From assembly GCA_027923505.1 (NCBI GenBank), contig BROI01000020.1:186001-250000 (forward strand): 64,000 nucleotides of DNA, read 5' to 3'. The notes under the pieces were generated by a model, which made no database searches, was not told the origin of the DNA, and saw only the letters and a list, made by a program, of their open reading frames with translations. Source of the stretch: Mayamaea pseudoterrestris (Eukaryota). Position 1 is the first letter of the stretch, and every line of letters starts with the position of its first letter. The position numbers and the translations under genes are program-made. Below, one piece after another: positions 37,101-49,390 of this stretch.

Positions 37101-39049
37101 ATCCTGTGCCTGTGGCATTGCCACAAACTGCCCCTTTGATGGTGCATGAAGCAAAATCGGAAGATAAGGCAAAACCGCCAACTAACTCAATCATGGAGCG
37201 ATTAAAGGCGAAAGCTGAAGCTGCGGCAAACAAAGAAGGAGACGAGGATGACGGTGTTCCGGAATGGATGAAGAAATTTAAAAAGATTGGTGCGAAAAAC
37301 GCCAATGAAGAGGTGTTGGAAACGCAGGGCGCCGCTGGAGCACGAGAGTACGGACGAACGGCATGGGAGACGCTAAAGCTTCATGACCGTAAGGCCACTC
37401 CGGCAACCGAGTTGTTTTCTCAAAGCAAAGTCAAGTGGACTCCTCGCGTCAAACATGGATCTGATAGCGATAGTGACGACGACCGCTATCCAAGTTATTC
37501 CCCTTACCCTGGCGGCGCAGCAGTAAAAGCGCCATCTGAGAGCGAAAGCGACGATGAGAGTGACACACAGCAAACAACCGCCAATAAATTGGTACAAGAT
37601 GAGGATGTAAAAGATGAAGCCATAAATCTTCCATTCTCGTCACCTGCTTCCATGCCCATCCGACAAGGATCTGATAGCGATAGCGACTCCAGCAACAATT
37701 CTAAACCAACTGCGAGATCAGCTCCACCACCAGTCTCTGCTTCTGTTTCAAAACCTTTAAGTAAACCTGAAAGCGATAGCGACTCAAGCGAGGATGAAAA
37801 AGAAACACGGAAGCCATTTGTGTCGAGAGCTGACAGCGATTCCAGTTCCGATTCGAAACCCACAGAGGCTAAGGAAGCAACGCCGCTTAACAAGGATTCC
37901 GACAGCGACTCGAGCGAAGAAATAAAGCAACATACGCATGTACCTAGTATCACACGACCTCCGACCAGGAAGACTTCTGATTCTGACAGCGACTCGAGCG
38001 AAGATTCGAAACCTGTCAAGCCTGTAGTTCCCGCTTTACCTGTTCACCAGAGTGTCGCTGCAGGCAATGATTCTGACAGTGAGTCAAGTGATGACCCAAG
38101 ACCGACAAATTTTGTTGCTCGCAATTCAATAAAGCCGAGTACTAATTCTGACAGTGACAGCGACTCGAGCGAAGATGCTAAGCCACAAACACGTCAAGGG
38201 CCTGTAGCAACGAATGATTCAGATATTGACAGTGATTCGAGCGAGGATTCGAAGCCGAAAATAGCAGCATCTGTCGTCAGCAAGAATGCCAATGCAAATG
38301 AGAGTGATTCCGACAGCGATTCCAGTGAGGATTCACGGCCCAAGGATTCGAAAGCCGCACGCAACGTTCCTCCCGCCAGACCCACAAACACGAAAGGATC
38401 TGACAGTGATAGTGATTCGAGCGACGATTCCAAGCCCAAAACAACTTTGCAAGCTAAAACCCCGACTATTTCGAAAAAGGATGACTCTGACAGCGAAAGT
38501 GACAGCGACTCGAGTGCTGATTCGAAACCAACAAAAATCGCACCGCCTCCAGCACCAACGCCTCCACCGGTAGTCCAAAAGGCGGAAGCTGACGAAGACG
38601 ATGGTTTCGGCGGATGGAGCAAACCAACGCAAAAGTCAATAGGTGGTGGCAAACCGAAGCGTACTGCCAAGGATAGCGACAGCGATAGCGACGACTCGAC
38701 GGACCGGCAATCTCCGGTGCGCACCACGTCGAGCACCCTGTCTCGCTCCGTGTTGACCAAAAAGACATCGGTGGATGGCGACACAACCAAGGAGAAGCAG
38801 AAGTTTGTCATTATGAACGGCAAGCTCGTCAAGAGTGACTCGCGGAGCGACCTCATGGCTGGCACTGCGGCGAAGAAAGGAAAGACGGAGAAGAAACCTG
38901 TCGGAAATAAGAAGGCAGCTTCCACGGCCAAACCTGCGTTTGTCATTGTCGACGGTAAGCTCGTCAAAACTGATGCTGGCGGAGCCACCGACAAGAAAAG
39001 CGCGAAGAAGAAAGGAAGTGAAGCCGGCAAGAAGAAAAAGAAGGGCTAA
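34192..39049 (+). CDS. Kinesin-like protein with degenerate motor motifs, coiled-coil stalk and Ser/Asp-repeat tail, 2 exons (intron 34339-34420)
   Basis: 'NVKVYVRVKP', P-loop 'VYGAGQSGKT', 'ELYLECVHDLL', 'HSLGSNCFTSVIVCVSP' and 'LSALQFG', followed by coiled coils. Confidence 0.85.
37455..38700 (+). repeat. Coding repeat: about 14 SDSDSDSS(E/D)D.KP acidic clusters separated by Lys/Pro/Ala/Thr-rich linkers
   Basis: Seen in the translation, and as recurring 'gacagcgactcgagcgaaga'-like DNA motifs. Confidence 0.9.
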
Positions 39050-39498
39050 GACAAGACCACCCGGAGGACTATGAATAATTTCTGTGCAACATCGTCGGGA
39101 GCAACTGGATCAAGATAGACTTCAAAGACAACGAGCTGCTTGGAAAAATCAGTGAAAGCAATCGCTGCTTTGGTACGATTGCTAAGATGGTCTGTTATCT
39201 TTGGTCACCGCATTGAGAATGTTTTTCCTCAAAGCATCCGTCTAGATGCTTAAGCTAGTAACAAACTTGATGTAAATGCAGCTTTAGCAAGGATGGAGTC
39301 ATTCGTAACAGTAGCCAACGTAGCCGTAGGTAGTAGCACAAGCAATGCTCGAGCAGGAGGATTTGGCGATGAAACGGCATCAGCGCGTCGCACACACACT
39401 CGTCATGTCGCTACGGTACTTAATTGCGCTCATCCACGAAAGCCTCTTCCATCACTCCATCATAACATCATCATGCATCAATAGTCCAACAATTTGGC

Positions 39499-40203
39499 AT
39501 GCGGCTCGTTTACGTTTCGTTTATGTTACTATGTAACGTCATTTTCACAGTTTCCGCCAAAAGGAACATTCAATATACGTGGCGGTCGTGGCTCATCAAG
39601 GATACAGGGATTGCCTCATCGAGGGAAACGTCCGTCGTCGTCGAACCAACGAAATCATTTTCAAAACCATTTGCATTGCAACCCATGACGGAGGAACTGG
39701 TCAAATCCTATCCAAAATGGCTGTGCAGTGGACCGGTCACTTTTGGATTTCTACAAGCCGTTTCACTACCAAAACATGGCTACTTGATTCGAGTTCGCCT
39801 GCTGAACCTTACTCTATTTTCGTTTGGCGCCGTCCAAAGCGTGTCGCATCGACGAGACAAGCAGCCATCCATGGAAACGATCACTTGTACCTACACCATG
39901 CCAATGACGGGCGGCTTGCTGTCGCTGGCGCCTCCGAGAGGCAGCAATGATCGAGGGTCGTTGCTCTTTACGTTTCGTCAAGATCAAACAACAACTAGTA
40001 GTGACAGATGCAGTGACAGTTTAAACGCTGACGGTTGCCATTTATCGTTGCGGACCGCCCTACTTGACTATCGACCGTGGCTTGCTGGAAGTGCACCAAT
40101 ACATTCGTGGCGACGGCGCACGTACCTTTCGTCGCAGTCGCTGGTGCACGCCTTTGTCATGTGGCGCTACCACAAGCATGTTTGGAAGCAAATTTGTCAA
40201 TGA
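39499..40203 (+). CDS. Hypothetical protein with possible signal peptide
   Basis: 234-aa ATG-initiated ORF with a hydrophobic N-terminus and a C-terminal 'RRTYLSSQSLVHAFVMWRYH'. No family recognised. Confidence 0.55.
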   Translation: MRLVYVSFMLLCNVIFTVSAKRNIQYTWRSWLIKDTGIASSRETSVVVEPTKSFSKPFALQPMTEELVKSYPKWLCSGPVTFGFLQAVSLPKHGYLIRVRLLNLTLFSFGAVQSVSHRRDKQPSMETITCTYTMPMTGGLLSLAPPRGSNDRGSLLFTFRQDQTTTSSDRCSDSLNADGCHLSLRTALLDYRPWLAGSAPIHSWRRRTYLSSQSLVHAFVMWRYHKHVWKQICQ

Positions 40204-40507
40204 TTTTGTAAACTATAGTACAGTAGTCGAGGCAATTGAATGACTTGCTGCCATGACTATGGTAGTCAATAATTTTCATCTTTTGTTGTTCATAAAGCTC
40301 CAAGAAGTCGGTCCGTCGAGCGACATGAAATTTTGTTACGGCAAAGTTGAAAAAATCGGGAAACAACGTCATTTATGGAGGAGGACCAGCCTTTGCGTCT
40401 ATCGATGCCTCATTTATTGTCGCTGCATCAGCTGCTATGCGAATTATCGATGCATGCATAAACTGCTAATAATCTCACACAAACATAGACTCAAGCATAC
40501 ACACAAT

Positions 40508-41569
40508 TTACTTTAACTTTATAAACTCCTCCGGCCGACTCTCCGCCAGCTCAAACTTGCCAGTCGGGTTGACAATGTAAATGGCAATGACGGTTCGACC
40601 GTATCGTCGATTGCGCACACCAACCGCGGCGCCTCCATCGTTGCGTCGCAACACGTGCGGAAGACATCCAAGCTCAATGGGATACTCGAGCAATATAAAG
40701 GTATCGTCTTCCACCAGCGGCGAGTTAATGACTGCTTCCATCAAATCTCCGTACACCACTTCCTCGTAGGGCGGACAAATCGTCACCAACTGAAACTTGG
40801 CTCCCTCTGTAATACCCACGGACGCTGGATCGTTGAGCGCTTGCAGCGCATCCGCTCGAATGACATTGCCGTTCAACTTGCATTTGGCCAAATTGCGCTC
40901 GATGCACAAGCAGCAGTCACTCGCCAAATCAACAAAGGTGCACGAGGCGGCGCCCCGCGACAGCGACTCTAATCCCACCGAACCGGATCCGGCGAAGATA
41001 TCCAAATGCGAAATGCCAGTACCTTTGCTGTTATTTGCAATGGATGAATCGTACAAGCCAAACGATGTCAACGTACTGTAGACAGCTTCCTTGACCTTGC
41101 CCATCATGGGGCGCAGATAGACGGTTGGGGAATCCAGCTTGCGGCCGCGGCACGTTCCGCCGGCAATTTTCAATAAAGCGGGATTAGCCGTATCAGATTG
41201 TTTCTGTCCCTGCTGGCGGAGGCGCGATGGACTGGATCCTCCCTGTTCTTGACGCTGTCGAAACTCCTTTGGCACAACGTGTCCCAAACTGGGACGCTTG
41301 GCTTGAATCTTGCGACGGAGATTGGCTGGAATGCTTCCGTCGGCATGTAACAGGGCGGGGTTTTGTTTGACGATACTACTACCGTCAGTAGTGGATGATG
41401 ATTGCTGCTCGAATAGTAACGTAGTCGTGTCGAGCGAGCAGCGAGTCGTTCTTCGTGCAAGTTTTATTGAGGGTGCGAATGCAGAGGTCGTTCCTCCGGC
41501 GGCTAGAATGATTGCCAAGCTTAGCATGTCTCCTCGTCTCGATCGTATCCTTCTTTGTCGTCGCATCAT
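40508..41569 (-). CDS. RsmD-like rRNA m2G methyltransferase (conserved hypothetical 95), plastid-targeted
   Basis: 'IAGGTCRGRKL...LRPMMGKVKEAVYS', 'LDIFAGSGSVGLESLSRGA', 'CPPY' and 'RRYGRT'. The presequence ends 'TSAFAP'; the start may be the ATG at 41527. Confidence 0.88.
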   Translation of the reverse strand: MMRRQRRIRSRRGDMLSLAIILAAGGTTSAFAPSIKLARRTTRCSLDTTTLLFEQQSSSTTDGSSIVKQNPALLHADGSIPANLRRKIQAKRPSLGHVVPKEFRQRQEQGGSSPSRLRQQGQKQSDTANPALLKIAGGTCRGRKLDSPTVYLRPMMGKVKEAVYSTLTSFGLYDSSIANNSKGTGISHLDIFAGSGSVGLESLSRGAASCTFVDLASDCCLCIERNLAKCKLNGNVIRADALQALNDPASVGITEGAKFQLVTICPPYEEVVYGDLMEAVINSPLVEDDTFILLEYPIELGCLPHVLRRNDGGAAVGVRNRRYGRTVIAIYIVNPTGKFELAESRPEEFIKLK

Positions 41570-42293
41570 GGTCGTCTCGATCTGTTTTGATACTTGCGCG
41601 AGTGATATATTTTTCTTCGCGGAAAGGTGATCTATTTTAGTCAGTTTCGATGGCGGATGGCGAGCGTCTGGCAATCTTCCGTATGAAACGGCAAGCGTCA
41701 AGCAAAGCCGCCTGCAGAAATGCGAGACAGCAAGTGAATCAAGAGGCGTTGTTGTTGCTGCTGCCGGAGTAGTAAAGTGGCTTTCTTTCTTTCTATAGCT
41801 TGCTCATCTCTTACATTCATCCATTCCAACTGATCCCACCGAATCAGAAAGGTGAGTCCACCATGCGCTTCATGACGTGCACCAGCTGTTTCCAATTATT
41901 TATTCCACGGAACGCTAGCGAAGGCAAATCAGTCGTTCGGCGGCGAAGGCTATTTGTCACGACTGTCTTTGTGACGTGGCAATTAGGGTTTTCACGTTCG
42001 ACGTGGCGTCAGCGAAGGAGTGACGTTCGAACACGCCAAAGCAGTGGTTTCGATCTCGTCTAACCTTTGATGGTCATGCACGCCGAGGGCTGTCTGTGCA
42101 GACGAACAATCTCCCTTAAGACGCGGCAGCTGTATACAATAGTACATTTGGACAAGTGTGCTTGTAAATTGAATCCATCGTGAAGCGGCAATCCTTTCGT
42201 CGTTTGGCATTTCAACGTGATCTCCCACCATTTGCAACGACTAACCAAGCCTTGCCGTCGCCCATTCCATACTTTTTGTAAATTCTATAGCAC

Positions 42294-44999
42294 ATGAATA
42301 GCCGTTCAGATACCATGTCTTCATGTCTGATGGATTCCAGACCGTCGCTACTACACTTGAGCGCTGCGGCAGCGTCTACCGAAGGCCTCGACACACTGGA
42401 CGATTGCGATGCATCCTCCTTTCGAACAAACACTCCGTTAAACGAACAGGACAACCTTTCAGCTTCCGCGCCCACCGAACATGAAACAAGAATGACAATG
42501 AAATCAACACGTTCCAGTGGTGCATCCAATGGCATGGTGTCGCCGGAGAATCCACCCTTGACGCCAGAAAAGCAGCCATTAGCAGCATCAGCAAATTTAC
42601 CAAAAGCAGCAACGTTTGAACACTTGAAGCAAAAATATCTCAAGGAACTCGAATACATGCTCGTAGAGTTTCGAAAACTGGAGAAGCAACTACTCGGCGC
42701 CAAGGCTGCGACGCGAGAAACGGCCGGCAGCAAGGAGCGCCGCGAAAAGCTACACTCCTTTATTGTGCATTTGGATGAAACCATTCAGCAGATTCATTGC
42801 GGTTGCCGCAGCGCGTTACCAAATAGCGACATTGACGACGAGGAAACGGTGGTCAAGTTGGAGGAGCACATTTTGGCGAATTTACTGCCCGTCAAGGTGC
42901 GTTTGAAGAAGCAGCTGGCCGCGCAGCAAGGCGCCAAGCATAATCCCACCACCATGCCAACGCGGGGCACCATGAATGCAAGCGTTTCTGTAGCAGCAGG
43001 TCCAGCCACGTTGGCCATGGTCAAGGATAGCAAGGCGACTTTTGTTCCGACATCAACAATTGTAGCGGCGACAGCTCCAAGAAAGCCGGTCGACTCGCAC
43101 TTTGGCAAGCCGCTGGCGGGTGGAGGTAGCTCATTGACGCAGAAGCTACATGGACCAACGCTAGGTAGCACCAGGTCAAAGTCCAAGCCAATTTCCAACA
43201 AGATTTTGTATGCCGGCATGGCCATTGGGAGTGAGCAAATCGAGTCGAGCGTGCACGCTGCCACGTCGGTGCACAAGTTTGTCATTCAAGATTCGTCGCT
43301 GCTGGAGCTGCACAAGTTACAGCAGCAGCAGAATGACGATTTCTTTGCCGATACAAATCCAGACATGATTCTTTCCGACAAGCTATCTACCATTCATGAA
43401 ACGCCAAAGCCAGCGAATGAAGCGTTGGAGAAACTCCGGTTACGACTCATTCGCAAACGAAGAAAGCGCAAGCGTCAAAAGCAACGAGAGCTGCTGCAGA
43501 AGCAACAGTTGCAGCAGGTTGAACCAGTTGCGAAAAAGCGCAAGCAGGCGGCCGCCGCTTGCCCCAAGAAGCGAGGGCCTCGCGCCGTGGAATACATTTG
43601 CGCACTCTGCAACGAAGTATATTCGAGTTCCTGCGAATACAATACGTGGTGGGCACTCTCGCAACAGGAATGTCCAAAGTGTCGAAAAGGACAGGTAAGT
43701 GAATGTGATGCGCATGATGGATTTGGTAGCTGTTGGTCTGTGCGTGTTTTCGTCTGACGCGCTAGCTCTTTGTCTTTCTCAACGACAGATTCCTCGCATC
43801 GACATCAGTGCTCCATCAAATGCAATTGAATATCATCCAGCGCTACTTGCCCATGTTGACGACGCCAATGCAACCGCCACTCCTGCTCCCGTAGAATCCA
43901 TGCAAGTGCCCGCCCCAGCCCTTAAACTCGAAGAAGTTGCGAGCGATTCGGATTCCTTGGGGTCAGACTTGACAGACGAAGACTGGGATGGCCTAGATTC
44001 TGATGACGATTTACCCGGGTCAGAGTTGAGCGAAGATGAACCACTAACGGGAATGTCACCCCCTGAATTGGCCGAGCGAGAAAGGTTTGGAGCAGAATAC
44101 ACTGGTCCAGCCTGTGATGATGATGAAGCGTCGCGATTGTTGGTGCTAATGGGCCACGCGGCAACCTGCCTTTGCCAGTAAGTTTATCGCGCTGTAGATA
44201 TGCATCGATTTATCTTTGTCATGTCAGCTCAATGTATACTACTTGTTTGAACAGGCACAAGCTACCAAAGCATCGCGATGTATGTCGCAGTGCAAAATAC
44301 ATGATGCTTCACGTCCGCGATTGTCCGGGGACGACATTTTCGTTCGACGTTTGCCCTTTTCCGTGGTGTCGAAAAGTGAAACATCTTCTGCATCACCTGG
44401 TGACATGTCAAGAGCAAGAGTACTGTTCTATATGTTCTCCGACGGATTTGTCGCCCAATTTTGCCGCCCTTCGAGGTTTAAACGAACATCGGTTCTGTAA
44501 GCTGAGGGAAAAGCTAACTAGCAAGGCTCAGATATCGGCAGATGCTCGTGCAAATGCGTCATACACGAAGCCGACGAAGAAGGGAAGCAAGCCCCCGTCT
44601 TCGGCTGAATCCAAAACTGATTCGTTAGATTCGACTTCCCTACTTGCAGCCGAACATGAATTTCTTGCGGAGCTCGAGGCGGTTGAGCCATCGGAGCACG
44701 GCGATGAGAATGTCGACGAAGTTGCTGCGTTTTTGTCTACATCGATAAGTTGTAGCGATTTCATCACGACTGAGGCTGATGTACCTGACACGAATTTATC
44801 GATGGAGCGAGACATAGTTGCTGATGATCCCGTTCCAAATCCTTTCGCAAAATCTTCTACTGTCCCGATGCCTGTGTTTTTAACCGACAAGAAAGCAAAG
44901 TTTGCTGTGAAATCCGAAGGCTTGAATGATGCATCAGAAGCAACCCCGTTTGCACAAGAAACAGATTCGAGCAGCGCCTCTACCAGCGCTAAAGACTAG
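42294..44999 (+). CDS. Nuclear protein with Zn ribbon and TAZ zinc finger, 3 exons (introns 43695-43788, 44178-44254)
   Basis: 'YICALC...ECPKC' and, after splicing, 'RLLVLMGHAATCLC..H...C...K.MMLHVRDC....CPFPWCRKVKHLLHHLVTC...CSIC' (TAZ). Basic NLS-like tracts are present. Confidence 0.82.
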
Positions 45000-45254
45000 C
45001 CGGAAGAAATTGCTGTTAGTACCCGGGTGGATGACGACGTTCTTAATACTCTGCTCAAATTAGTCGAGGCAATTTGGACTGCTACAATGCGTAAAATCAA
45101 TTTCGTATAAATATATAAAATAAACGATGGGTTAAATCGTTACTTGTACGTCCAATTAACATCCAACATGAAGTTATTTTCGACCTACTGCTCATATCAC
45201 TGTTCAAGTGTATTAATAACCGGCCAAACTGGTAAAATGCAGCTTGTACGCGAT

Positions 45255-47507
45255 TTAAATCATGCTCCAGTCTCTACCTTTCACATTTTGCCGGATCGCA
45301 GTCTTTATGCTAACAGGCCGCACACTGGAGGATTGTAAACGCTCCAGCAATGCATGACCAAGCAGCTCAGCCGGAGTACCAAAGCCGTCAACGCTTTTCG
45401 GGGGCAACTTCTCTCTGTTCAACACGAGACATAGTGCTGACTCCGTTATACATTGCGCAGTAGCTCGGTTTCCGGGATCGCCTTGCATCTTAATATGGCA
45501 ACTAGCTCGATCGTTGCTGCCGTCCTTGCTCTTGCTTGATTCTACGACAGCGTATACTTCAGTTATGCCTCGATGGCAAGCCTCGTCACTCATTCCAGTA
45601 CCAGGCGGTGCCAAGCTTGCCAACCATGAACCAATAAAAGGCAGTTTCAGCAATGCCATGCCCAGCATGATGCCAGCGTATGTAATAAACCCAGGGATAA
45701 TCGATAAGGGACCAAGTTTTGATGTAAATTGATATCCAACTGGGAGAAACCTTTCTCGGTAGGTGAATTTCGGTCCGTATTTTAGCGCAACAGATGAAGC
45801 GAAAACAATTTTTGCATTGACGACTGCCATGAAGAATGGGATTGAAACGCCTAGTAAAAATATGGAATCAAAGCTTGGCAGCTGATTCCACCACTCGCTC
45901 ATCGCCAAGCGATTGCGAGTCGCTTGCATTTTTGGATTTTGGCGCACATTGGAATGCGTCAGAACGAGTGGATCGTCCAGCAGGTATGGGACAGGGTGCC
46001 TCAAGGCGTCGAGTGAAACGGGCATGTCGAGCGCCGTGTGAATGGTTCCACCATTGGCCATTCCGACGCAATAATGCCAAGTCGTTGCCGTTTCTATGTC
46101 AAGAGTCTCCCCTTCATCAGGTGCGTTGTCATTCTTCTTCCGGCGTGCCGCTCGAAGTGCTTCCACTCCAGCAAAGACGGCAAGGTCACTTGGCACTGAA
46201 TCAAATCCGCAGAACGATATAATGCGCGCGCCCGACTCCTGAGCTACTGACCCATACTTTTGCCGCATTTCTCCAGCCCATGATACTTCGCCAGTGATAT
46301 CAACATAGTCAGTTCCAGCTTTGGCGCAGGCGCCAACCACAAGACTCGAGTAGCGTCGAAACGGGCCGGCGCAGTTCAAGACGCAGCGCGTCGCCTTCGC
46401 CATTTCCAACAAAGCTTCTTCATCTGCTCCATTCGCAACATGAATGTTGAAGATGCACCTTCCCGTTGCATGAGGAGTCATGGTGGTAAGATAGTCCATT
46501 TTGCGAGTAGCCGCGTCGGCTAACGCTTGCAGCTTGTTCAAGCTCCGACCCGCCAATGTCACGTGTAGGACACGCGGCAAATGTAGCGACACTTGCGACA
46601 AGTACGTCAAAACATGATTTTGAGCGACAAAGCTAGTGGCACCGTAAATGGTAATGTCGGTTTTGTCTTTATGTGAAGCGGATGAAGATGAATCTTTCAT
46701 TGTTTCCTTGCTTGTCGCGGCAGGAGCGTTTTGCGACGATCCACCATCATTTCCTGCTACCCTATTCGACGAAAGCTGCGACGAAGATCCCGACGGCTCA
46801 CTCGAATCACCGCCCGTTCCTGCTGTTTTGCTGTCGGCAGTTTCACCTTTGGAATGGTCGTTTCCAAACGAAGTAACAGGGAGCTCCAACGTTTTCGCCT
46901 CGCTTACATCTTCTCCTGGCGACAGCGCCTCGACGCTCGATCCAATCTGAAGCAAGTCAATCTCCTCCTCGCTAGAAGATGAGTAGTCGTCAGGCTGCTG
47001 CATGCGTGACTCTTGTGGAGAGTCAGCTGGCATATCGAGAACAGGCGCATCATTTTGGTCATCTACATTTATACTCATTTCACTGCTACATCCGCGCATA
47101 ATCTCATCCTTCAAAATGCCTCGCTCATGCGCCTGATGAAAGCGCTCGTATCCTCCCCAGTACGAAACGTGCTCATTGTTTTCCATGACAAACAATTGCG
47201 GATAAACCGCATGCAAACCCGAAAGGAGAAACAAGTCGTCGCGGGCGCTGCGACAATCCAAATCAGCTCCATCCAGCATGATATAGTTTATTGTTGTAAT
47301 GGAATCTAGTATTTGAAAAATTTCTTGCTGGTGTCGCTTGGCATGTCGATGAGGACATGTTGTAGAATGCAGTACGAGTAGAGTCGTTGAAGTGGACGAT
47401 GCGGGTGCAGCTTCCGCAAGAGGCGTCGCTGCGACGCAGTGAGCTTCCGCGGTCAAATCCTCCAACGAACTCGCAAGTTCGTGTTTCGTTGCGATTGAAG
47501 CTGTCAT
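45255..47507 (-). CDS. Saccharopine dehydrogenase-like oxidoreductase (SCCPDH) with N-terminal SH3BGR/glutaredoxin-like domain
   Basis: 'ITIYGATSFVA', 'LAGRS', 'VLNCAGPF...CAKAGTDYVDITGE', 'CGFDSVPSDL', 'GDPGNRAT' and 'GFGTPA'. The N-terminal domain contains 'LDGAD...RDDLFLLSG...YPQLFV...YWG.YE'. Confidence 0.88.
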   Translation of the reverse strand: MTASIATKHELASSLEDLTAEAHCVAATPLAEAAPASSTSTTLLVLHSTTCPHRHAKRHQQEIFQILDSITTINYIMLDGADLDCRSARDDLFLLSGLHAVYPQLFVMENNEHVSYWGGYERFHQAHERGILKDEIMRGCSSEMSINVDDQNDAPVLDMPADSPQESRMQQPDDYSSSSEEEIDLLQIGSSVEALSPGEDVSEAKTLELPVTSFGNDHSKGETADSKTAGTGGDSSEPSGSSSQLSSNRVAGNDGGSSQNAPAATSKETMKDSSSSASHKDKTDITIYGATSFVAQNHVLTYLSQVSLHLPRVLHVTLAGRSLNKLQALADAATRKMDYLTTMTPHATGRCIFNIHVANGADEEALLEMAKATRCVLNCAGPFRRYSSLVVGACAKAGTDYVDITGEVSWAGEMRQKYGSVAQESGARIISFCGFDSVPSDLAVFAGVEALRAARRKKNDNAPDEGETLDIETATTWHYCVGMANGGTIHTALDMPVSLDALRHPVPYLLDDPLVLTHSNVRQNPKMQATRNRLAMSEWWNQLPSFDSIFLLGVSIPFFMAVVNAKIVFASSVALKYGPKFTYRERFLPVGYQFTSKLGPLSIIPGFITYAGIMLGMALLKLPFIGSWLASLAPPGTGMSDEACHRGITEVYAVVESSKSKDGSNDRASCHIKMQGDPGNRATAQCITESALCLVLNREKLPPKSVDGFGTPAELLGHALLERLQSSSVRPVSIKTAIRQNVKGRDWSMI

Positions 47508-47786
47508 TGTAAAGGAGATAACACGGTTGATACATAAAACCGCGCAAAGCAGGTTTTGTTTTATGTTGTACTACAAAATACACACATCCATGGTGATCCA
47601 TCGAATCGGTGAAGTGGGTGACTACGTGGCAGTGTTCGTGTCGCAGGAGTCGTGTTGCGACATGCATCGACGCGACGCAACATGCAAAATCGCCTTCACA
47701 ACCGCGGGCAGCAAGCAACTTTCCCATAATTGGTGCCAGCACCACGCAAAGTCTCCTTCCAATTATCTACCTCTTATCTAGAAACA

Positions 47787-49311
47787 ATGCCCAGCATCGA
47801 TTGCGAATGGTTTGCTGACGAGGATATTCAGCACTTTATTTCCACGCTCGCAGCAAATGTTCAACAAATTATCCAGTCATCAAGCGAAGACGTTCTATTT
47901 CTACTTCTAACAGTCAACAATTCTTTTCTTGCAAATTACGCCGCGCTGGATGAGACAGATTTACAGCAACTCTTAGGAGCTTTGCAGAGTGCTCCGTTTA
48001 CTCATGTCGACATTATAATTAACGATAATCCTGCAGGAAATTTATTGGATGGTCTCCGCAACCTTTGTCAACTCCTTGACAACTGTACAACGCTCAAGGA
48101 AGTTGGCTTATACATGCGACATTTTGCCCCCACCAAAATGGCACTCTCATTTTTTACAGCCGTAACGATGTTAATGATTGATGAAAATTCACTCGCATTA
48201 GAAGCGGACCTCCAAGATATTATTACCCTTTTCCAGAAGCACACTGACAAGAGTGTCGACTTTTCCCTGGAAACAATTGAAGATTATCAAGCTCTTCGAG
48301 TGTTCTTACCCCTGTTGCAGTCATTCAATTCGGATGCATTGATCTTTCTCAGTGGTGTCCACAGAGCTCACCCAGGTGTTGCTGCTACCACTCCACTTTG
48401 TGATGAGATATTTCGACTGTTCGACAGAAGCCGCAAGCCAGATACTCTGTACAGTATTGGCAACTTCATGTGCAGCTGCCTTTAATCTGGACTGCATTTC
48501 AGTTCACGGTGCAGCTCTTGCGGAGGCATTGAGTGCTTGCGCGGTCCCAAACATCAATGTGGTAGATTGGCCAGTTGATCACGCATACCAAATTCCTTTC
48601 TTATTGCGATCGATGTCTCAAGCTCTCCCCGTCATGAAAAAACATAATCTGGATTTATCTTCGCTTTTTAACAATTGTGATGATATTGACGATGGCATAA
48701 AGCAGATTCTGGACGCGGAAGTATTGATGTTGGTTGATGGCATGATGTCGAATTCAGAAATTTTAGATCTGGGCCTCCCGTGTTGCTACTTTTCGGATAC
48801 TTTGGATCACTCACTCGCAAAGCTTTTCCATTCAAGTGCCTGCCAAGTAAAATCACTTAGTCTTTGCTGTTCTAATCAAACTGCGAAAATTGAAGCTCCG
48901 CAGTTCCTGGATGCACTGAAGCATAATTTTGAATGTACATTGGTTGCGGTACATTTTCAGAAGAGAAATGGATTTGACGTGAGCAAAAATCTTGATGTTC
49001 TAGAAAATCCATACGGAAAGGACCTTGTCCTTGGTGTTGCCACCATTCTCAAGCTCAACAAGTGTGGCCGCATTTACTTGAGGACTGACCCAGCAAATCA
49101 GCGCAAAGGACTTCATGTCCTTGCTGGCGTCAACGACAGTTTGGATTGCTTGTATTTCCATTTGCGCGAAAATCCATTGTTGTGCCGACGACGAAATCCG
49201 GACCTTGAATGTTCGCAGCCCATGCTGAGCAAACGAAGCCGTAGCCGAGGAAAGTCGCAAGATGGGCTGAGACGTTCCACGCGCCGCCGACAGTGGTCTA
49301 CCGGTATATAA
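47787..49311 (+). CDS. RNI/LRR-like protein of an expanded diatom-type family; frame break near 48340-48485 (unresolved intron or frameshift)
   Basis: Two overlapping ORFs in different frames. The C-terminal motif 'ILKLNKCGRIYL...VLAGVNDSLDCLYFHLRENP' parallels that of the 54117 gene. Confidence 0.55.
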
Positions 49312-49390
49312 TCACTAGCTATCGTACATTAAGAATCAAACGTATCTCTAATACACAATATTCTAGTTATCAAAGCCGCAGTAACGTCAT

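Noticed and set aside
38194..39030. 278-aa minus-strand Ser/Leu-rich ORF (and 37504-38019)
   Set aside because: It is the antisense shadow of the SDSD repeat region of the kinesin.
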